Source of the DNA: Perna viridis
Lineage: Eukaryota
NCBI GenBank assembly: GCA_037379345.1
Contig: CM074517.1
Location: 3,844,001 to 3,908,000, forward strand
Length of the DNA: 64,000 nt
Direction: 5' to 3'
Each line of letters opens with the position of its first letter. Position 1 is the first letter of the stretch. Of this stretch, positions 1 through 61,832 are shown one piece after another. A model generated the notes under the pieces. The model saw only the letters and a program-made list of their open reading frames with translations. It was not told the origin of the DNA and ran no database searches. The translations under genes were made by a program, and so were the position numbers.

Positions 1-1610
1 TCTTGTATATGTCAATGACATATCTGATAGTATGATTGGGCTTTGTAGATTATTTGCAGATGACACTTCTATTGGTCATGTAGCCAATGATGAGGAGACG
101 CTTGTCAATATGAGTAATATGGACTTAGAAAATATTTCTATTTGGTCTAGTGAATGGCTGGTAAAGCTAAATCCTGATAAAACTGACATTATGGTATTTA
201 GTACTTGCAACAGAGCTACTAATATTGTTTTTACATTTGATAATTCTATCATACAACCAGTCGAATCACATAAACATCTCGGCTTGGTATTTAGCTCTGA
301 TTGCAAATGGACAAACTATATAGATATTCTAATTTAGAGAGCTTCTAAGCAACTCAATGTATTACATAAATTGAAATTTAAGCTGGATTGAGAATTCCTC
401 AAGAGGATCTACTTTACATTTATAAGACCAATTCTAGAATACTCTAGCAAAGTTAGGGATAATTGTGGATTAGTCAGTTCAGATAGAATTGAGAAAATCC
501 AACTTGACGCAGCCAGAATAGTTACGGGTTTAACATCATATGCTAGTAGAGATTCACTTTATCGAGAGACTGGTTGGGAAACATTAAAGGATAGAAGGGA
601 ACAAAAGAAGCTTCTTTTGTTGTATAATATGATTAATGGACATTGTCCTGAATATTTATCAAATTTACTTCCCCCATTAGTATCTGAGATATCAGTGTAT
701 AACTTACGCAATAACTGAAATTATAGCGTCCCTCCAACTAGACTTTCATTGTATCAACAGTCATTTTTGCCAGCTACATTGAGCCTATGGAACAATTTGG
801 ATATCTCCTAACGAGAATCACCTTCTTCTGATATATTTATATTACGTTTAAAATTAAAATATCGTAATAACAATGCCATTAATAGGCCACCACCGTTTTA
901 CCTCATTGGTAAACGATTCATGAATTTGGCTCATGCACGAATTAGAAATAAGTGTAGTGCTTTGAAAAACGACTTATTTAGAGCACATGTTATTTTTGAT
1001 AAAAGCTGTTCTTGTGGAGTTTTGACAGAAGACGCAGAACATTTTTTTCTCGTCTGTCCAAATTTTACTGTGCAACGAAACATGCTTTTTCAAAATTTGA
1101 CTGGTGTAGAAACAAATATTTGTCTCAACATTCTGCTTTTTGGAGATGATAATTTGAGTTATGAGTTAAACTCATTGATTTTTAGTTATGTTCAAACGTT
1201 CATTGAAGCTACTAGGCGGTTTTTACGTGAGTAATATAATGTTGTTACATTCAGCTCGTAGGGTATATTGTGAACACTACTTGTGTTTATTTTTATGTTC
1301 CACTGCAACATTGATGCATGCGTGTCTTGAAAAATTCAACTTATAACTTATTTAAACATAATGCAATCAATTTGAGTAAATATTTTTCGATATCCCTGTC
1401 TAATTTTATTCATGCTTAATCCCCAGTGCATGCATCTATGTTTATTGGTCACTACATATTTGTTTGTCTCTATAGTAACTTCGTAAATAATACTATTTAT
1501 TGTAAATGTCATAAGTATGTATCATTCAAATGTATATATTAGGAGAAGGCATCGATAAGTTGTACAACTTGTGTCTAATACAATTGTCTTTGACAATAAA
1601 ATATGTTTAA
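1..1610 (+). mobile_element. Degenerate non-LTR retrotransposon (CR1/L2 group) 3' portion: RT C-terminal half, C-terminal Cys/His motif and 3' UTR
   Basis: Frame from nt 2 reads LVYVND...CRLFADD (RT motifs), then KHLG and, past in-frame stops (e.g. TAG 335-337), FIRPILEYS...EKIQLDAARIVTG. ORF 920-1234 has CSCG...EDAEHFFLVCP. Ends at ...gacaataaaatatgtttaaa (about 1610). Confidence 0.9.
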
Positions 1611-2053
1611 ATTCAAAAGTAGATCTACTAAAATCATACCGGTACATCTACTAGTCATACAGGTACATCTACTAAAGTAAAAAGTATAGTACATTTAATT
1701 TATGTTTAACAAAATAAATAACAGTTTAACTGAAAACTGAGTTTTTGGTATTGAATGAATTTTGTGGTTTTGTTATTAAATCTGGTTTGTAGTTGAATTG
1801 TAAAGTTGTATGGATTGGTGTGTATTTTATTGAATCATTATTATATTGTGACTATTTCAAAATGTTGACGGAGTGAACATATTGTTTGTAATATTTTAGG
1901 TCCATTAAAACATGCAGTAGCTACTGGTAGAGCAGGGATTGACGGAAGTGCCGAGAGTACCCCAATGTCTACAGCCCCTATCACTGTTAATACATAAATA
2001 TGGTGTGACACGTATAGTTGGTTATTTTGACGTGGTATATACTTTCCATTGTT

Positions 2054-2276
2054 TTAAGGAGGTAGCCCTATTGTAAGGGACATAAAAACTCATGAAGTCA
2101 GTGATATGTTTGTATTATATTCAATTTTCCCAAAGCCTCTCAAGCTTTTGTTTGAAGCAGAATAAAATGTATTCAAGTTAATTAGATGCTTACATAAGAT
2201 TGATGTAAAATGCTGAATACAAACGTTCCAATGATTTTTAAGAATTGTGTACCTTACCTTAGGTCTACCTCTTTAA
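2054..2276. mobile_element. MITE with TTAA target-site duplication (Kolobok/piggyBac-like)
   Basis: ttaaggaggtagccctattgtaaggg at 2054 is an imperfect reverse complement of ccttaccttaggtctacctctttaa ending 2276; the inverted match extends about 70 bp. Confidence 0.65.
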
Positions 2277-4964
2277 GTAAGGATATATTTTGCCAAAACT
2301 CAGTATTCTTTATTCATCACAGAAAGAAAGTTGTTACTATGCCAAAACAAAATCAAAATAAATCCAAAAAAATTTGGAAAATTTTTTTTTGATTGTATAG
2401 AATGTTATTTTTACCCAATATTATGACCAGCTATACGGGATCTGTTCTGAAACATGGGTTATATTTTTTAAAACGGGTAGACCATAGCATTCAGACCCAG
2501 GGAGAATTCTGATGTACGTTAACTTAATCAGTTTGACATATCTTGTGAAATGTTTTATTTTTTTGCTTCAAAGTTTTATAATTTTAAGTTTTTATACAAT
2601 TAGAATGGCTTAATTAGTACATCACTTTCAGGTAGTTTGGTTTTAGTTTATATATTCAACTTCCATGAAGTTTGTTTTTTATTTGAAAAGATCCTGTTGT
2701 GTTTTATCAAAAACCCAAATTGTTTTGTAAGACTTCTTTGCAATGCATGGCTTAAAATTATTAACCTTGGTGCTATAAGCAATGTTGCATACAAAGATAT
2801 CTGTCTGTGTTATGGTATTAGAGCAATGTTAAATAGTCTGTCTCCACAAACATAAGTTTAACCATGTTGACCTTTAACAATAAATAGAAAACTGGTCCCT
2901 TGAACAAAGCTGATAAATTTCCTTACCAGGTTAAATAAATATTTATTTTATTTGTGCATAATTTCCCCTTAATCATAATGCTTCTTGAAATCTTCGCTAT
3001 TGACTTCTTCCTAATGAAGGAGATCTCTCCCCCATTGGAGATCCAGGAGGTTGACATGTATGCAAGTCTCTTGTAACATGAAAATTCTATGCCTGGTCAT
3101 GATTCTACATATATTTAGATCTTTGAACTATATATACTGAGTATCTGCTTTTAGTCATGGTATTGTAGGCTAACAATAGTTAACCAGAATCAAATACACA
3201 GACGTGCCTTAACATCAACAAAAAAAAAAAAAAAACAGTGCCAAAAACTAATATTTAATGTTTTCTGTGTAAGATATTGGTTAGTTGAGTTGTTGATAAA
3301 TTATTTAAGGTCTATGGATGGTTTCACGAAACACAGTGAGGGAAGTATTGGTCATGTCAATGAGCAGGTAAATGGTACTTTTATGAGCAATGTTACTCTT
3401 GCAAATTGTTGGATTTGTTTAGATCTGGTTTTACAACCTTAATTTGACCTCTGTACAATGTGCCTCTTCGTTTGGCAGCTGTGGTCCATTCTGACCTTAT
3501 GTCATCAAAAACTGAAGAAACAGATCATCTTGACAAAATTCAGTCTTCTGCAATCAATATCACTGTTTTAAATCCTATGATGTGTTTATTTCCTTTTTTG
3601 CCTTCACCTGCCTATTACTTAGGTACTCCTGTATGAACATAAAATATATATTTGCTATATATTATTTGGATGTCCATAGCGTCCCACAGAAATAAAGTTA
3701 CTAGCCAATTCATAGGTAACTTCTGATTGGTTTCCTGTCTGTTTGTCTGTATCAGGTTATCTGCATTTATGCAATTAAGTTTTATTTAAAAAAATGTGTG
3801 TAGATCAGGAGTTATGTACTCAGGAATCTATCAAAATTATAAGTGGCTCAAATTTGGTCTAAAGTTACTTAAAAAGCAGGCTTTATAAATGTTGTAAACT
3901 TGGCATGTAAAAAAATGAATATTTCGGACCATAAAGTTTTTTTTCCTGTAAGTTTAAATGTCATGGGTCAATATATATAGATCACATTTAAGTAACTTTT
4001 GCTTCCACTGTCTATAATGAAATAGATTTTTACGAATGGCACCCAGTAGCTTATTTATTGTGTGTTTACTTTGTTGTGCTTATCATATCACGTATTAGAG
4101 ATTACCTCATTTTTATATTTATTTTTAGCATACATTTTGTTTGTACAGGGAAGATGAATTTGGTGTAATGTTGTGAATGCCATGGCGACAATTTATTTCT
4201 CTTGTTTCAGAACAGATTTATTGTATGATATTAACATATTTCTGTTTATCTTTTTATTATTGATATTGGTAGGGGACTAAGTATCTGTAGAACTCAGAAA
4301 CGATAGCTAAAAACCACTTGAAACAAAGTTGTCAGTTGATTCATGTTGGATTGATCGGGGAACAATCTCAGATGTCACTCTTTTAAGAAGTTCTGTTCTA
4401 AATGAAATCAGAAAAGTGTATATCCATGTTTAATGGATGAAGACCACATTACTTTCTGCAGTGTATGTAGTAATTTTACCCTGAATGGGCATTAAGCATG
4501 GATATGGAACTGTGTATTTAATGGTAGATAACCCCTATATGGTACTGGTTACCTTTATAAAAGCATTTTGATTTTTGAGCAGCTGTACATACTAGCTCCA
4601 CATTGTTATAGTTTTCTTTTGTCGATTGTTTTACATTTTTTCGCTTTAGATTGTGATAAACATTGATTGGTTTGTTAGAGTTAAACACTCAGCTCTTTGG
4701 TGTTATCCATTTAAAGTTAAAGGTCAAATTTGTGTGACTTACATTCATTTCTAAAATTGGATTCGGTTTTTCCTTTTAGATCAAAGGTAATGGAATAAGC
4801 ATATTTGTTATTGAGAAAATACTTGCGATAATTGTCGCTGTTATAAATCAAAGAAGACTGTTGGCTGTGACAAACCAGTATGTAATCCGGTAATACTGTT
4901 GTTATAATTGTTATAATTGTTTATCTCAGGAGAAATTCACTTACATCATGTTGTATCGCTGAAT

Positions 4965-5215
4965 TGTGTGTTGTGTGTATAAATGATGTGTAAATCTCCA
5001 CACTTCTAGTGTGTATAAATGATTTGTAAATGTCCACATCTGCTGTGTGTAGAAATGATGTGTAAATCTTCAAGCTTGTTGTGTGTATAAATGATTTGTA
5101 AATGTCCACATCTGCTATGTGTATAAATGATTTGTAAATCTTCATGCTTGTTGTGTGTATAAATGATTTGTGAATGTCCACATCTGTTGTGTGTCTAAAT
5201 AATGTGTAAATCTTC
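4965..5215. repeat. About 39-bp minisatellite, about 6-7 copies
   Basis: Repeats of tgtgtgtataaatgat(g/t)tgtaaat...; explains the 13-aa periodicity of ORF 4921-5253. Confidence 0.9.
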
Positions 5216-5270
5216 ATTTTCATGAATGTTGAATGATTGTGTGGAAACACCATGTTTAACTGTTAAGTAT

Positions 5271-5340
5271 ATTTGTTGATTATTCGGTAGACGAGTATGG
5301 TGAATATTTGTTGGTTATTCGGTAGACGAGTATGGTGAAT
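5271..5340. repeat. 35-bp direct tandem duplication
   Basis: atttgttg(a/g)ttattcggtagacgagtatggtgaat x2. Confidence 0.9.
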
Positions 5341-8300
5341 TTTTGTTTACTTGATTAATATTTTTTGACAATTCTCTTGTGGTTAAATCTATGAATTCCA
5401 TTACTCTATGTGAAGAAAATTTAACCAATTTAAGAAATTATTAATCTTTTAAAAATTTTACTTTTGATTTACTTTCAAATGCTAAATGGCATAAAACAGC
5501 TGAGAACTTTCATAGAAAGTAAAAAGTTTTAAATGATGTGCAGTTTTAATCAGGAAAACATGCAATTTGTCAATCAGGCATGTGTAATTTAAAGCTTAAG
5601 TTGTGAGTTCTTAACCATTTATAAATTTTATTTTATCTGTGATTTGTAATTATTTGAAAAAGTTGTAATATTATTCTTTCAAGTTTATATTAAATTATTA
5701 ATTTTTAAGAAGTGCATGTTGTGTTATGTAGATGTTATGGCAGGAGTTACTAATAGGTTGTGTCTAACATAAAACGTACATAATAGGTTGTATTTGAGCC
5801 AACTCAAACCAAGTTAAACGGAATCCAAATTTAAAGGTAAAAGCCTGAAAGGGTTTTTTATTTGCCATTAATAACCATTTACTTAATACCAATCTGTACT
5901 TCTGATAAGTGCTACATCATATAAGTGCTATACTTTAAAAAAAAAATGATCATGTTTTTTTATCATTGATAATTCTTTGTGCCATAGTACTTTGATTTTT
6001 GTTCTTTTTCAGAATAAATTTTGTTTTTGACATAATACAGCTTTAAGGTAAACATTTTTCGTCTCTTGATAAGAGACAGGTTTAAACACTTTCTTTCCCC
6101 TGTATCAACCTCTTTTTGTGGTGACTTAAATAAAATTGTAGTTAAATGATCCATCAGAATATGTTTGAAATAATAATTAAAAAAAAATACTTTATGTAAG
6201 TCTTTTTAAAGAAGGGTAACCAGTTGAATGACTATAATATAAACAGTGGTGTTGATAAGGCCAGTAATTGCTACAATTCTACTGATATTGTCCTTTCTTT
6301 AAATCTGGTTTCTTTGGCTCTGGAGACTTTGTTCAGCTATTCAATAACCTAATTTTTTTAGGCATTTATTTTTTTTTATTATATGATAGTTTTCAAACAG
6401 GACAAACACAAGATGGTATTGGTGTTTTTTTTCTATTCTTCAAATTCTGACATTTTAAAAATTAATAAAGTACTTTTTGTTTTTGTTATTTATTTGGTTG
6501 AAAAATCCAAGAAAAAAATACATGAAAAGTGTGTTATTGTTATGATAATATAAAACTGCAACTCTCACAAATTACTGCTTATAAAGGAATCCAGATTTTG
6601 ATATTAATAATTGTGAAAATTATATGTCTGCAGTTAATAAGGAAATATATAGTTTAAAATTGTTCAAATCAGTATAAGTCCAAGCTTTTAAATAAGAACC
6701 GAGATATCTTGATAATATTTTTGTCTTAGACCATCTTGATTTGACTCTCAATATTCCTGCCTGCTGTTTTGTAAAATGGTGCAAAAAAAAACAAAAAACA
6801 AAATAATTTTCTTGTGGCAGCAACAATAGTAAATAAAAACACCCATAAAACCTTGTCAGGAACAGATAACTCCTACCAACATCATTACAGTCTTAACAAT
6901 ATAGTAACCTCATCTTGTAAACCAGGAAAAAAAAACAATTGTAAAATAGATTCTTAGTTATTTACTATTGTAATGTAAAATTTAGGACTTTCAGTGATGA
7001 ACAAAATTGAATCAACTTCAAACAATGTCATTATATAGTAGAAATGGTCTAAGATTTTATTACTGGAGTTAAGGGTTTAGGATGGTAGAAATGGTCTAGG
7101 AGTACAACGGATTGGAGAGATTTCTGTATATAGTCAAACTTACTGTTCAATTTACCTTCACACATATTTTTATGTAAAAAGTCTAATATTCAAAGTTAAA
7201 AAGCTGTCATGTCTCGTTTTCTAGACTAGTCTGCTAATCTATCATTGGTCAGCTTTGCTGACAAATGAAATTTAAATGGAAAGTTGTCCATTAACAGTCG
7301 TCAATGCAATTTTCTTCATTATGAATGAGTTACTTGTTGTATGCTGGATAGTCAATTGTGTTTTCTGTAAATCCCCATAGAAATAGATGTACAGTTTTGT
7401 ATTGTCTCGTTGTATCTCTTATTTGCTCTTATCACTTCTCTCTTCAATTTTTGATTCTGATAGAATGTTTTATGTTTAGCTATTATATCCAGGCAGGGAT
7501 TTTATTATTACTTAATATAAAAGAAGATCTTATTTCAATGGACGAAGCATTGCTTTTTGTTTGTTTTGTGACCATTGTAAATTTGTTACTTTTATAAGTA
7601 TTGGTTATAGTAACATTCCCCTGCCTGACACTAGTAGATAGCTGTAACATCATTGATATATGATCTACTTACTACATTAGTTTACCGAGTTCTTTGTTGG
7701 ATGATATGAAATGTAAATTGATGACTATTAGTGGTAAAAATAATTTTTATGGTGAATTTCAGCTTGTACTTATCATTTTGTGTTCTTTCTAGTCCTGTAT
7801 CATATATTCTCTGTACATTTGAATAAATCACATGATAAGTGTCATGTGATGTTTATAGTGTGATGTCATATGCTATTGAGTGCAAATTGTTTGACATTGT
7901 TTAAAGATCTGAGGCATGTTATCTACCAATACCATTTTTGCTAGAGGGGTTAATATTTAGAAGGAAATTTCACACATTTTTTTCTGAAGATCAGTTTAAC
8001 ATTTTATGCATGGTGTTTAAAAAGTGGCACTAGAAATACATCAAAACAATCTACCATTAAGTCCTACATATTGACCCCTCTAGGTGTATTTGTGTGTGTC
8101 CCTTATAACCACATAAATCCCCAAGAAGAGAGAGAGTGAAGGAGCTAACTTTCTACCTCATTTGTTTTATTGTGTATTGTGTATATATTTGTTTTGTTGG
8201 TATTGTTTAGAAATAAAACACAAAGGCACATACAGACGATTGATGACAATGTTTCAAAATATAAAGAAAATATTTAATTTTAACATTCATGGTGTTTATG

Positions 8301-11300
8301 AAAGGGAGAAAGAATAATACATTGTTGCTGAATTTGGTCATAGTATAAAGAACTTTTTCCATATTTTAATGAAGTGGGCATTTATTTGCATTTACACTGC
8401 CAAACTAGAAATTTATTGTTGAATAATTTGTTTCATTGAAGTTCATTGTCAAATTCAACAATTGACTTTATAATTTCATCTTTAAACATTACTTCATGAC
8501 TTGATCACTTCTTTACATGATTTCAGTGTAAGGCATCATTATAGTCACATAATCACACTCTTGTTAGGTGCATTCAAGTTAAATACATTGAGACTGTTGT
8601 GACAGAACCAATTGTCTGTCAAGTTTGTGACTTACCTCTAGACATGCCAATGGCATGCTAAAGTTACCATTGGTACTAACTTGAATGCATCTTTTGGCAT
8701 CACATGGGTGTCACATGATGACATGAATATTCATGGTTGTAATCAGGATTGTAATGTAGGGATTAATTAACCAGATCTAGAGTTGTGGTACAAAAAAATA
8801 TAAATATGTTAACAAGGTAACATTATAAAAACTTTTAAAAATTTATTTTTCACAGATTTTGTCAAATGAACATATTTCAAAAAATGATTATTGTTATGTG
8901 GTGTTAAGAAATCCATATCGCTGGTACAATTTTTTATTACTTTCTGTTTGCAGTGAAATAGCAAAAATTAGTACACCCCAAAAATCAATCCATTTACAGT
9001 GATTTATGTATTTTCTAAATATGATGGCCAAAATGTTTTTACTTGAGTTATCGTCCAGTTCTTGAAAGAGGTGAGTACAACAATGCAGGAGATTTAAAAA
9101 GTTAAAAAAAAAATTACTTTATTAAGGACATAAGCTTAAAATTTATGATTTGGGTTTCTGTTTTATTCTTAACTTTAGGAGGAAAAATATAAGAAGAGTA
9201 TCATGCTCAATAAATAATGATGCATTCACTGGCTACCTCAAAGACTAATAATCAGTTAGTTTTTTTTTTCCGTCCCAACCTCGTAACGCAAGTTGTAAAC
9301 TATTTCTTGAAATTGGGGTAGGGACTTGAATACTGCAGTTAAATCCTGCTGTATGTGGTTGTTGTGTTATTTAGTGTTGTTTACTTATGTTTCCTTGTAT
9401 ACGTTGATATTTTGTGTTATTTAGAAATCATTTCTGTGTTCATCTTCAATCAAGGTGTGCTATATTGGAAATATGTTCAACATGTATTCTTACTTTTTAA
9501 AGAAAAAACTATTCACTTTTCCATTTGAAAACCTTAAGCATTATAAACAAAAATTGATGGTCATGTATGATTTTTTTTATCAAAGATTGTGAAGCTCAAG
9601 CTGAAATTTAATTTCCAGAGATAAATTTGAGACTTCACATAAAGTAGCTTAATTATAATTTTTAACATATCAATTGCACAATTTTATTTGAACTTGTAAC
9701 TATTTTTTGTTTCAAATCTTTGTTGCTAGAAGAACTAATTAAATTAAATCCTTTCATACAAAGTCACAAACTTAATAATTTAATCACAATTTCATACATT
9801 TTTTCAACTGGTTTTTATTTTGAACTAGAAGGTTGCGAATTTAATGTCCACTAAACTTAGTTGAAGATGAACTTAGATTTTTTGATGATATATACTCTTT
9901 TTCAGGGATTATTCATAATTAAGGGTATATAGTGACCTCCTCAGTCATTGTAAAAATTCTCATTGCCTCATTGTTTTATTCATGTATCTTTATAAACAAA
10001 ACTGGAAAGCAATTGTAAAAACAAAATAAAACATTAAAAATGATAAAAAAATACATATTTGTGTTATTTTTTTTACAATACCCCTTTTGTAAAAAGGAAG
10101 CTATAGTGCATTCACTTGGACTATCGTCATGGTGATGCTGTTGTCTTTAGATATTTGGTGTCTGCACAATAACTTGAATGAGTGTGTGTATCTTAATTAA
10201 CTCTGTACCAAAAGGTTCCATAAAAAACAGGTTAGGAATTAAGGGCAAAAAAAGGGTTCAAGTAGACATTCTGGTAACATACAATAATTTGGTGAAAAAA
10301 AGGTGTCGATTTCTACATTATTGTAGCACAAGATTCTCCACCATTAAAGTCGTACTGGAATTATCCACTGGAATTTTCAAGAAAAATATGTAAAAGTACC
10401 ATAAGAATTCAGGCTGGGACATTGCTCGCTAAAGTGATGTCCCAAATGAATAATATATGCAACTTGTGACCGAATTTATTTGGATCAATGTGGACAAAGG
10501 GAATATGTTATGCAGATTCTAGCAATGTTTCATTAAACTTGATTCAGTGAAGTAGGAGTGTTAAGATATGGGTAACATTCCATGTAACAGAAGGAAGAAC
10601 AGACACCCTGCTGCACGTGGAAGGTATAATAAAATAGGATTTGATTATGGGGGTTATGACATGATCTCTTCTAGAATTTGGGGTCAAAACCAACATTTTT
10701 CTTGTTTCTTGACAATACCTTGCGTGAAAGTTCATGGTTCTCTATGAAATTGTGCCACTATGTTTAAATCCATGAAGACGTTGCAATTGATTTTTGAGGG
10801 TTTGTTAATTCGGGATAAAGAAGGGCCAAATACAAATGTTTCTTTTTTGTTTTTGAACTGTTTATTATCTTCTATGATACTGTACTTCAATGTTGCATAT
10901 CACTGAAAGATAGTTGTATTTGATATTAATAATTAGGGTTAAATATTTACACTCAAAGTGGGATATCAATTTAAGAAAACAAAAATGCTAAAACAGTTCA
11001 TAGATCGATGAACTTACACATACCTTTGTATTTATATTTTGAATATTATGTGCAATGTCTAATTGCAAATTTTAAATTTCATGACCACTTTCATTCTGGT
11101 CAGAAAATAAAGATTATATTTTGTTAAACAATTATCATTTATTGACAATCCAAATTCAGAGCTTGAATGTATCGGCCAACTATTTGGAGTTTAACAGCTC
11201 TGGCTGTATCAAGTCATCCCTTAGAAGCATTTCATTGTGCGAGTACACAGGAGCAACACTCTATGGAAAGGTATGTTTACCAGGTTGACATATTATTCTG

Positions 11301-11526
11301 ACTCCTGTTGTCACTTAATCTCTGATATGGTACCTTGGTAGAGTAGCAGTGATTACTAATTTATATAATAAAGCCTTTGATAACTGCACTTAGGATTGAA
11401 ACCACAACTTATCACACGAGACCACTTCAGTATGAAGGACAGAAACAAAATCATAACATAAGCTACCTTTGGTTCAAATGTCATCAATACTAACAGACAA
11501 AGCTTTATACATATATATGTAAACTG

Positions 11527-11532
11527 TTTATT
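11527..11532 (-). promoter_or_regulatory. Candidate poly(A) signal (AATAAA) of the SRCR receptor gene
   Basis: tttatt on + strand about 2 kb past the stop, near the base-skew switch. Other candidates exist (e.g. 11138-11143, 11871-11876). Confidence 0.35.
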
Positions 11533-13585
11533 GCACAAATTTCCCTCTTACAACATAAAAATTACTGAAATCTTTAACATTAAGCATAGTGATATAATAT
11601 ACTGAAATGTACAATAATAATCCATATAAAATTTGTAATAGATCATAAACCATTCCCAAAATGTTTCACCATGGTCAAAAATAGCAATAATACAATGGAA
11701 GTAAGTAAATCGGTAAAGTCTACTGAAACTCAAGTAGTGCATCTCATGTCTTTCACAGGAAGATATTAAAAGACTTAGTACATTAAGACAACTAATATTT
11801 TCTTCGTTCTTGTGCAAACCCTTGTTTTATATGTACCTTTTATAACCCATTTTAAATCTTTTCATAGTCATTTATTCTGGTACAAACAATGTTAAGTAGA
11901 CCCTTAACCCTTTATTTTATTATTTTATTTTTTTTTGGGGGGGGGGGAGGGAATTATACTGAGAAAGGAAATGCTCCTTTTCCGCATTGATGTTCATAAG
12001 AAAAACCCTGAGAACCAAGTAATGAACTGTGAATGGCGGAACTCAAATTTCTGGCATAATACTAACATACATGGATAAAATGTGTTGACGTTCCACTCTG
12101 AATTACTGCGTCAGCACCAAAATAATATATACATGCACATAAATATTTTGTAGAAGTTCATATTACCAGAATAATGAAGTGCATTTATCATTAAAAATGC
12201 TTTTGGCAAGAATAAAAAAGCAACAAATGCTGGTATTTTCATGAGAAAGTTGATAATGTTGAATTTTTAAAAAATTAACTCGGGTGCTCAAATTTACTTT
12301 CAAAAGTGGAAAATTCAGGATTGTTTCAAATCAATGAAAACCAATGGTCTGTAACAAAGTGTTTGTGAAAAGGGTTATATTACCATACCTAAGTATAAAA
12401 AATTTCAAAAGTTCTAGGTAAGAAATTGTGTATGACCAGCCGTAGTGGACCTCCAATAATTTTAAACTCCCGTATTTTCACCATCTATTGAAAGTTGGTA
12501 TCCCAAATAAATACATTCAACACACAAAACTTTCATGTACACAAACAAGATACGATGTGAAAATGATCTATAAATAAAATTCTATAATGATACAAGAAAA
12601 AAAACTGATATGAAAAAAAACCAAAAAAAAACCATGGTATCTTCTCACCCAGACATCTTGATGCCACACATACAAGAGACACATACATTATGTACAAATA
12701 CAACCATGACTATCTATTCTTTATAATTGAGCAATAATTACAGGGAATGATTCTATCAATCATGTCGATAATATTTATCTAATACAATGAGTGAGGATGA
12801 AATGCTCTATATTCCACCTTAATGAGTATTCACCAAACAAATATACATGTATTGTAAATTACAATAATCATATATTTTTATGCATTCATTGTAACACGTG
12901 TATATAACTGTTGTGGTATTCAATTATTAGAAAGTTCTCCAAGTCAACCCCTAACAATATTCAGAAAACAAATCATCAAACTGGTTGAGTAGATGGAACA
13001 GAAAATTCCAATATATATTCTTTTCTATTTTTTTAAATAAAAAACTTTCACTAATATGATGTTTCCAGAGACATTGAAGGGTCTCCAGTGAAACATTTTG
13101 CAATAAAAAAAATACAATTATTATCCAAACACAAATAAAACAAATGTAAAAAAAAATATATGCTGTACACTGAAATATCAAATACAGTATTGCTCTCTTG
13201 GAGTATTTATGACATATCCATATGACTTTAATGTAAAAATTATTGAGCTATTTGAGTAATAATTTGTTCATTACTAACTAGTTTGGCCATGATTCTCACT
13301 GTTTTAGAGATCTGTTTACTAACAAATCATTAATTTGAACCAACTTTTAGAAATGAAAAGTTTATCAATTTCCAATCAAGTTTTTGGCAAAAACATCTGT
13401 AAGTTTGTACTTCAATTCATGATCAAAGCATTAAAGCACATAAAATAAAAATTCAACATGTTTTTTTTTCTACAGATGCTCAAATATTTTTAGTGTGGAG
13501 CTTTAAAAAATGAATGAAAGTAAAGATAATAGGATGTATAGGCCTTTGAAGTCATTATGCATGTATATAAATGTATTTGTATAGC

Positions 13586-60615
<47,030 letters not shown>

Positions 60616-61145
60616 CTGTAAAAACATTTAATGGAACATATACAGCTATATACATTCCTTATATAGACCTGTCAGACATTTGGACAGTAAGACCAACAAG
60701 AAATAGGACGTTCAAACTGTCAGACTATCAAGCACCTATATGAGACACACACATTGCATAAATTATTGTAATGATTGCCTGAACTCAAATTCAATGAACA
60801 TGTACCAGACATAAAATTAAATAGAGAAAAAAGCAATGGCTTTATATTACCTTAGAGCTGGTCAATTATAATATCTATATAACATACAGCTAAGTATTAT
60901 ACCCAATCTCCTCTGCAAACTACTTCCTGATTTACTGTGCCTGTGATACTTGCCTACTTCAGACTTTTATTTGTTTATATGCTTTTAGACTTTTATTGCT
61001 TAGTCGTTGATTCTTAATTTATTATTTCTTGCTTATTTTTTTCTTTTGTTTAATTGATTTTTAATAGGTTTTAACTAGAATTTCTAAATTTCCAGTTTTA
61101 AGTTGAGAGTATTTTATTCCTGTGACATATTGTTTTCATTGTTTA

Positions 61146-61832
61146 TACAGTCAATCCTCGGTAGCTCGAACTCCATCGGACCTTTGAAATGTGTTCAAGT
61201 TATCGGGAGTTTAAGAAATTGAAGTTCAAATATTTCTGTATTTTTTTCGTTGCCAGTCCGAGTTTGACTTTATCGTTAGAAATTGCTTACTTCCTACAAA
61301 GTTGTGTTAGTTCATGGATCTTTTCCATTTGCTTTTGAAAGTTTATGCTAATTTGTGGACATTAAAAATAATGTGTTCGCTTTTAAAAATGTTCAGAGTT
61401 TGAGTTCCTTGGTCAATAATTTATTTTCATCCAATTTTCTTTCATGCCTTCCATCATACCAACTTTGGAACATTATCAAACTTCGATCAGTGTTATGTTA
61501 AGATCAAAACTTTTTAATTACTGATGACTTAAATTATTACCTGTAATTAACTAAAATGACACTGATTAATGATAGGGTTTCAGTTTTTCACACCTTTTAT
61601 TACCCAAGCTGACAAAATGGTTGACGAGTTCGAGTTAGTAAGGGTTATTCTCTAAGATTTATTACCGAATGGATTGACTAATCAATTTGAGTGTTCGAGA
61701 AATCAAAGTTTGAGAAATCCAAGATTATTTATATTGATTATATAGGAGAAAATTTTGGTACTTTGAATTGTGTTCGAGAAATCCCGGGTGTTCGAGTCAT
61801 ACAAGTTCGAGCCCGCGAAGTTCGACAGCATA
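61146..61832. mobile_element. Tc1/mariner (pogo/Tigger-like) MITE
   Basis: tacagtcaatcctcggtagctcgaac ... gttcgagcccgcgaagttcgacagca; repeated sub-terminal gttcgag motifs. Confidence 0.65.

Noticed and set aside
3310-3367. Possible small plus-strand exon (aag|...CAG|gtaaat)
   Set aside because: No recognisable protein motif and no partner exons found.
4921-5253. 110-aa repetitive ORF
   Set aside because: Translation of a 39-bp minisatellite.
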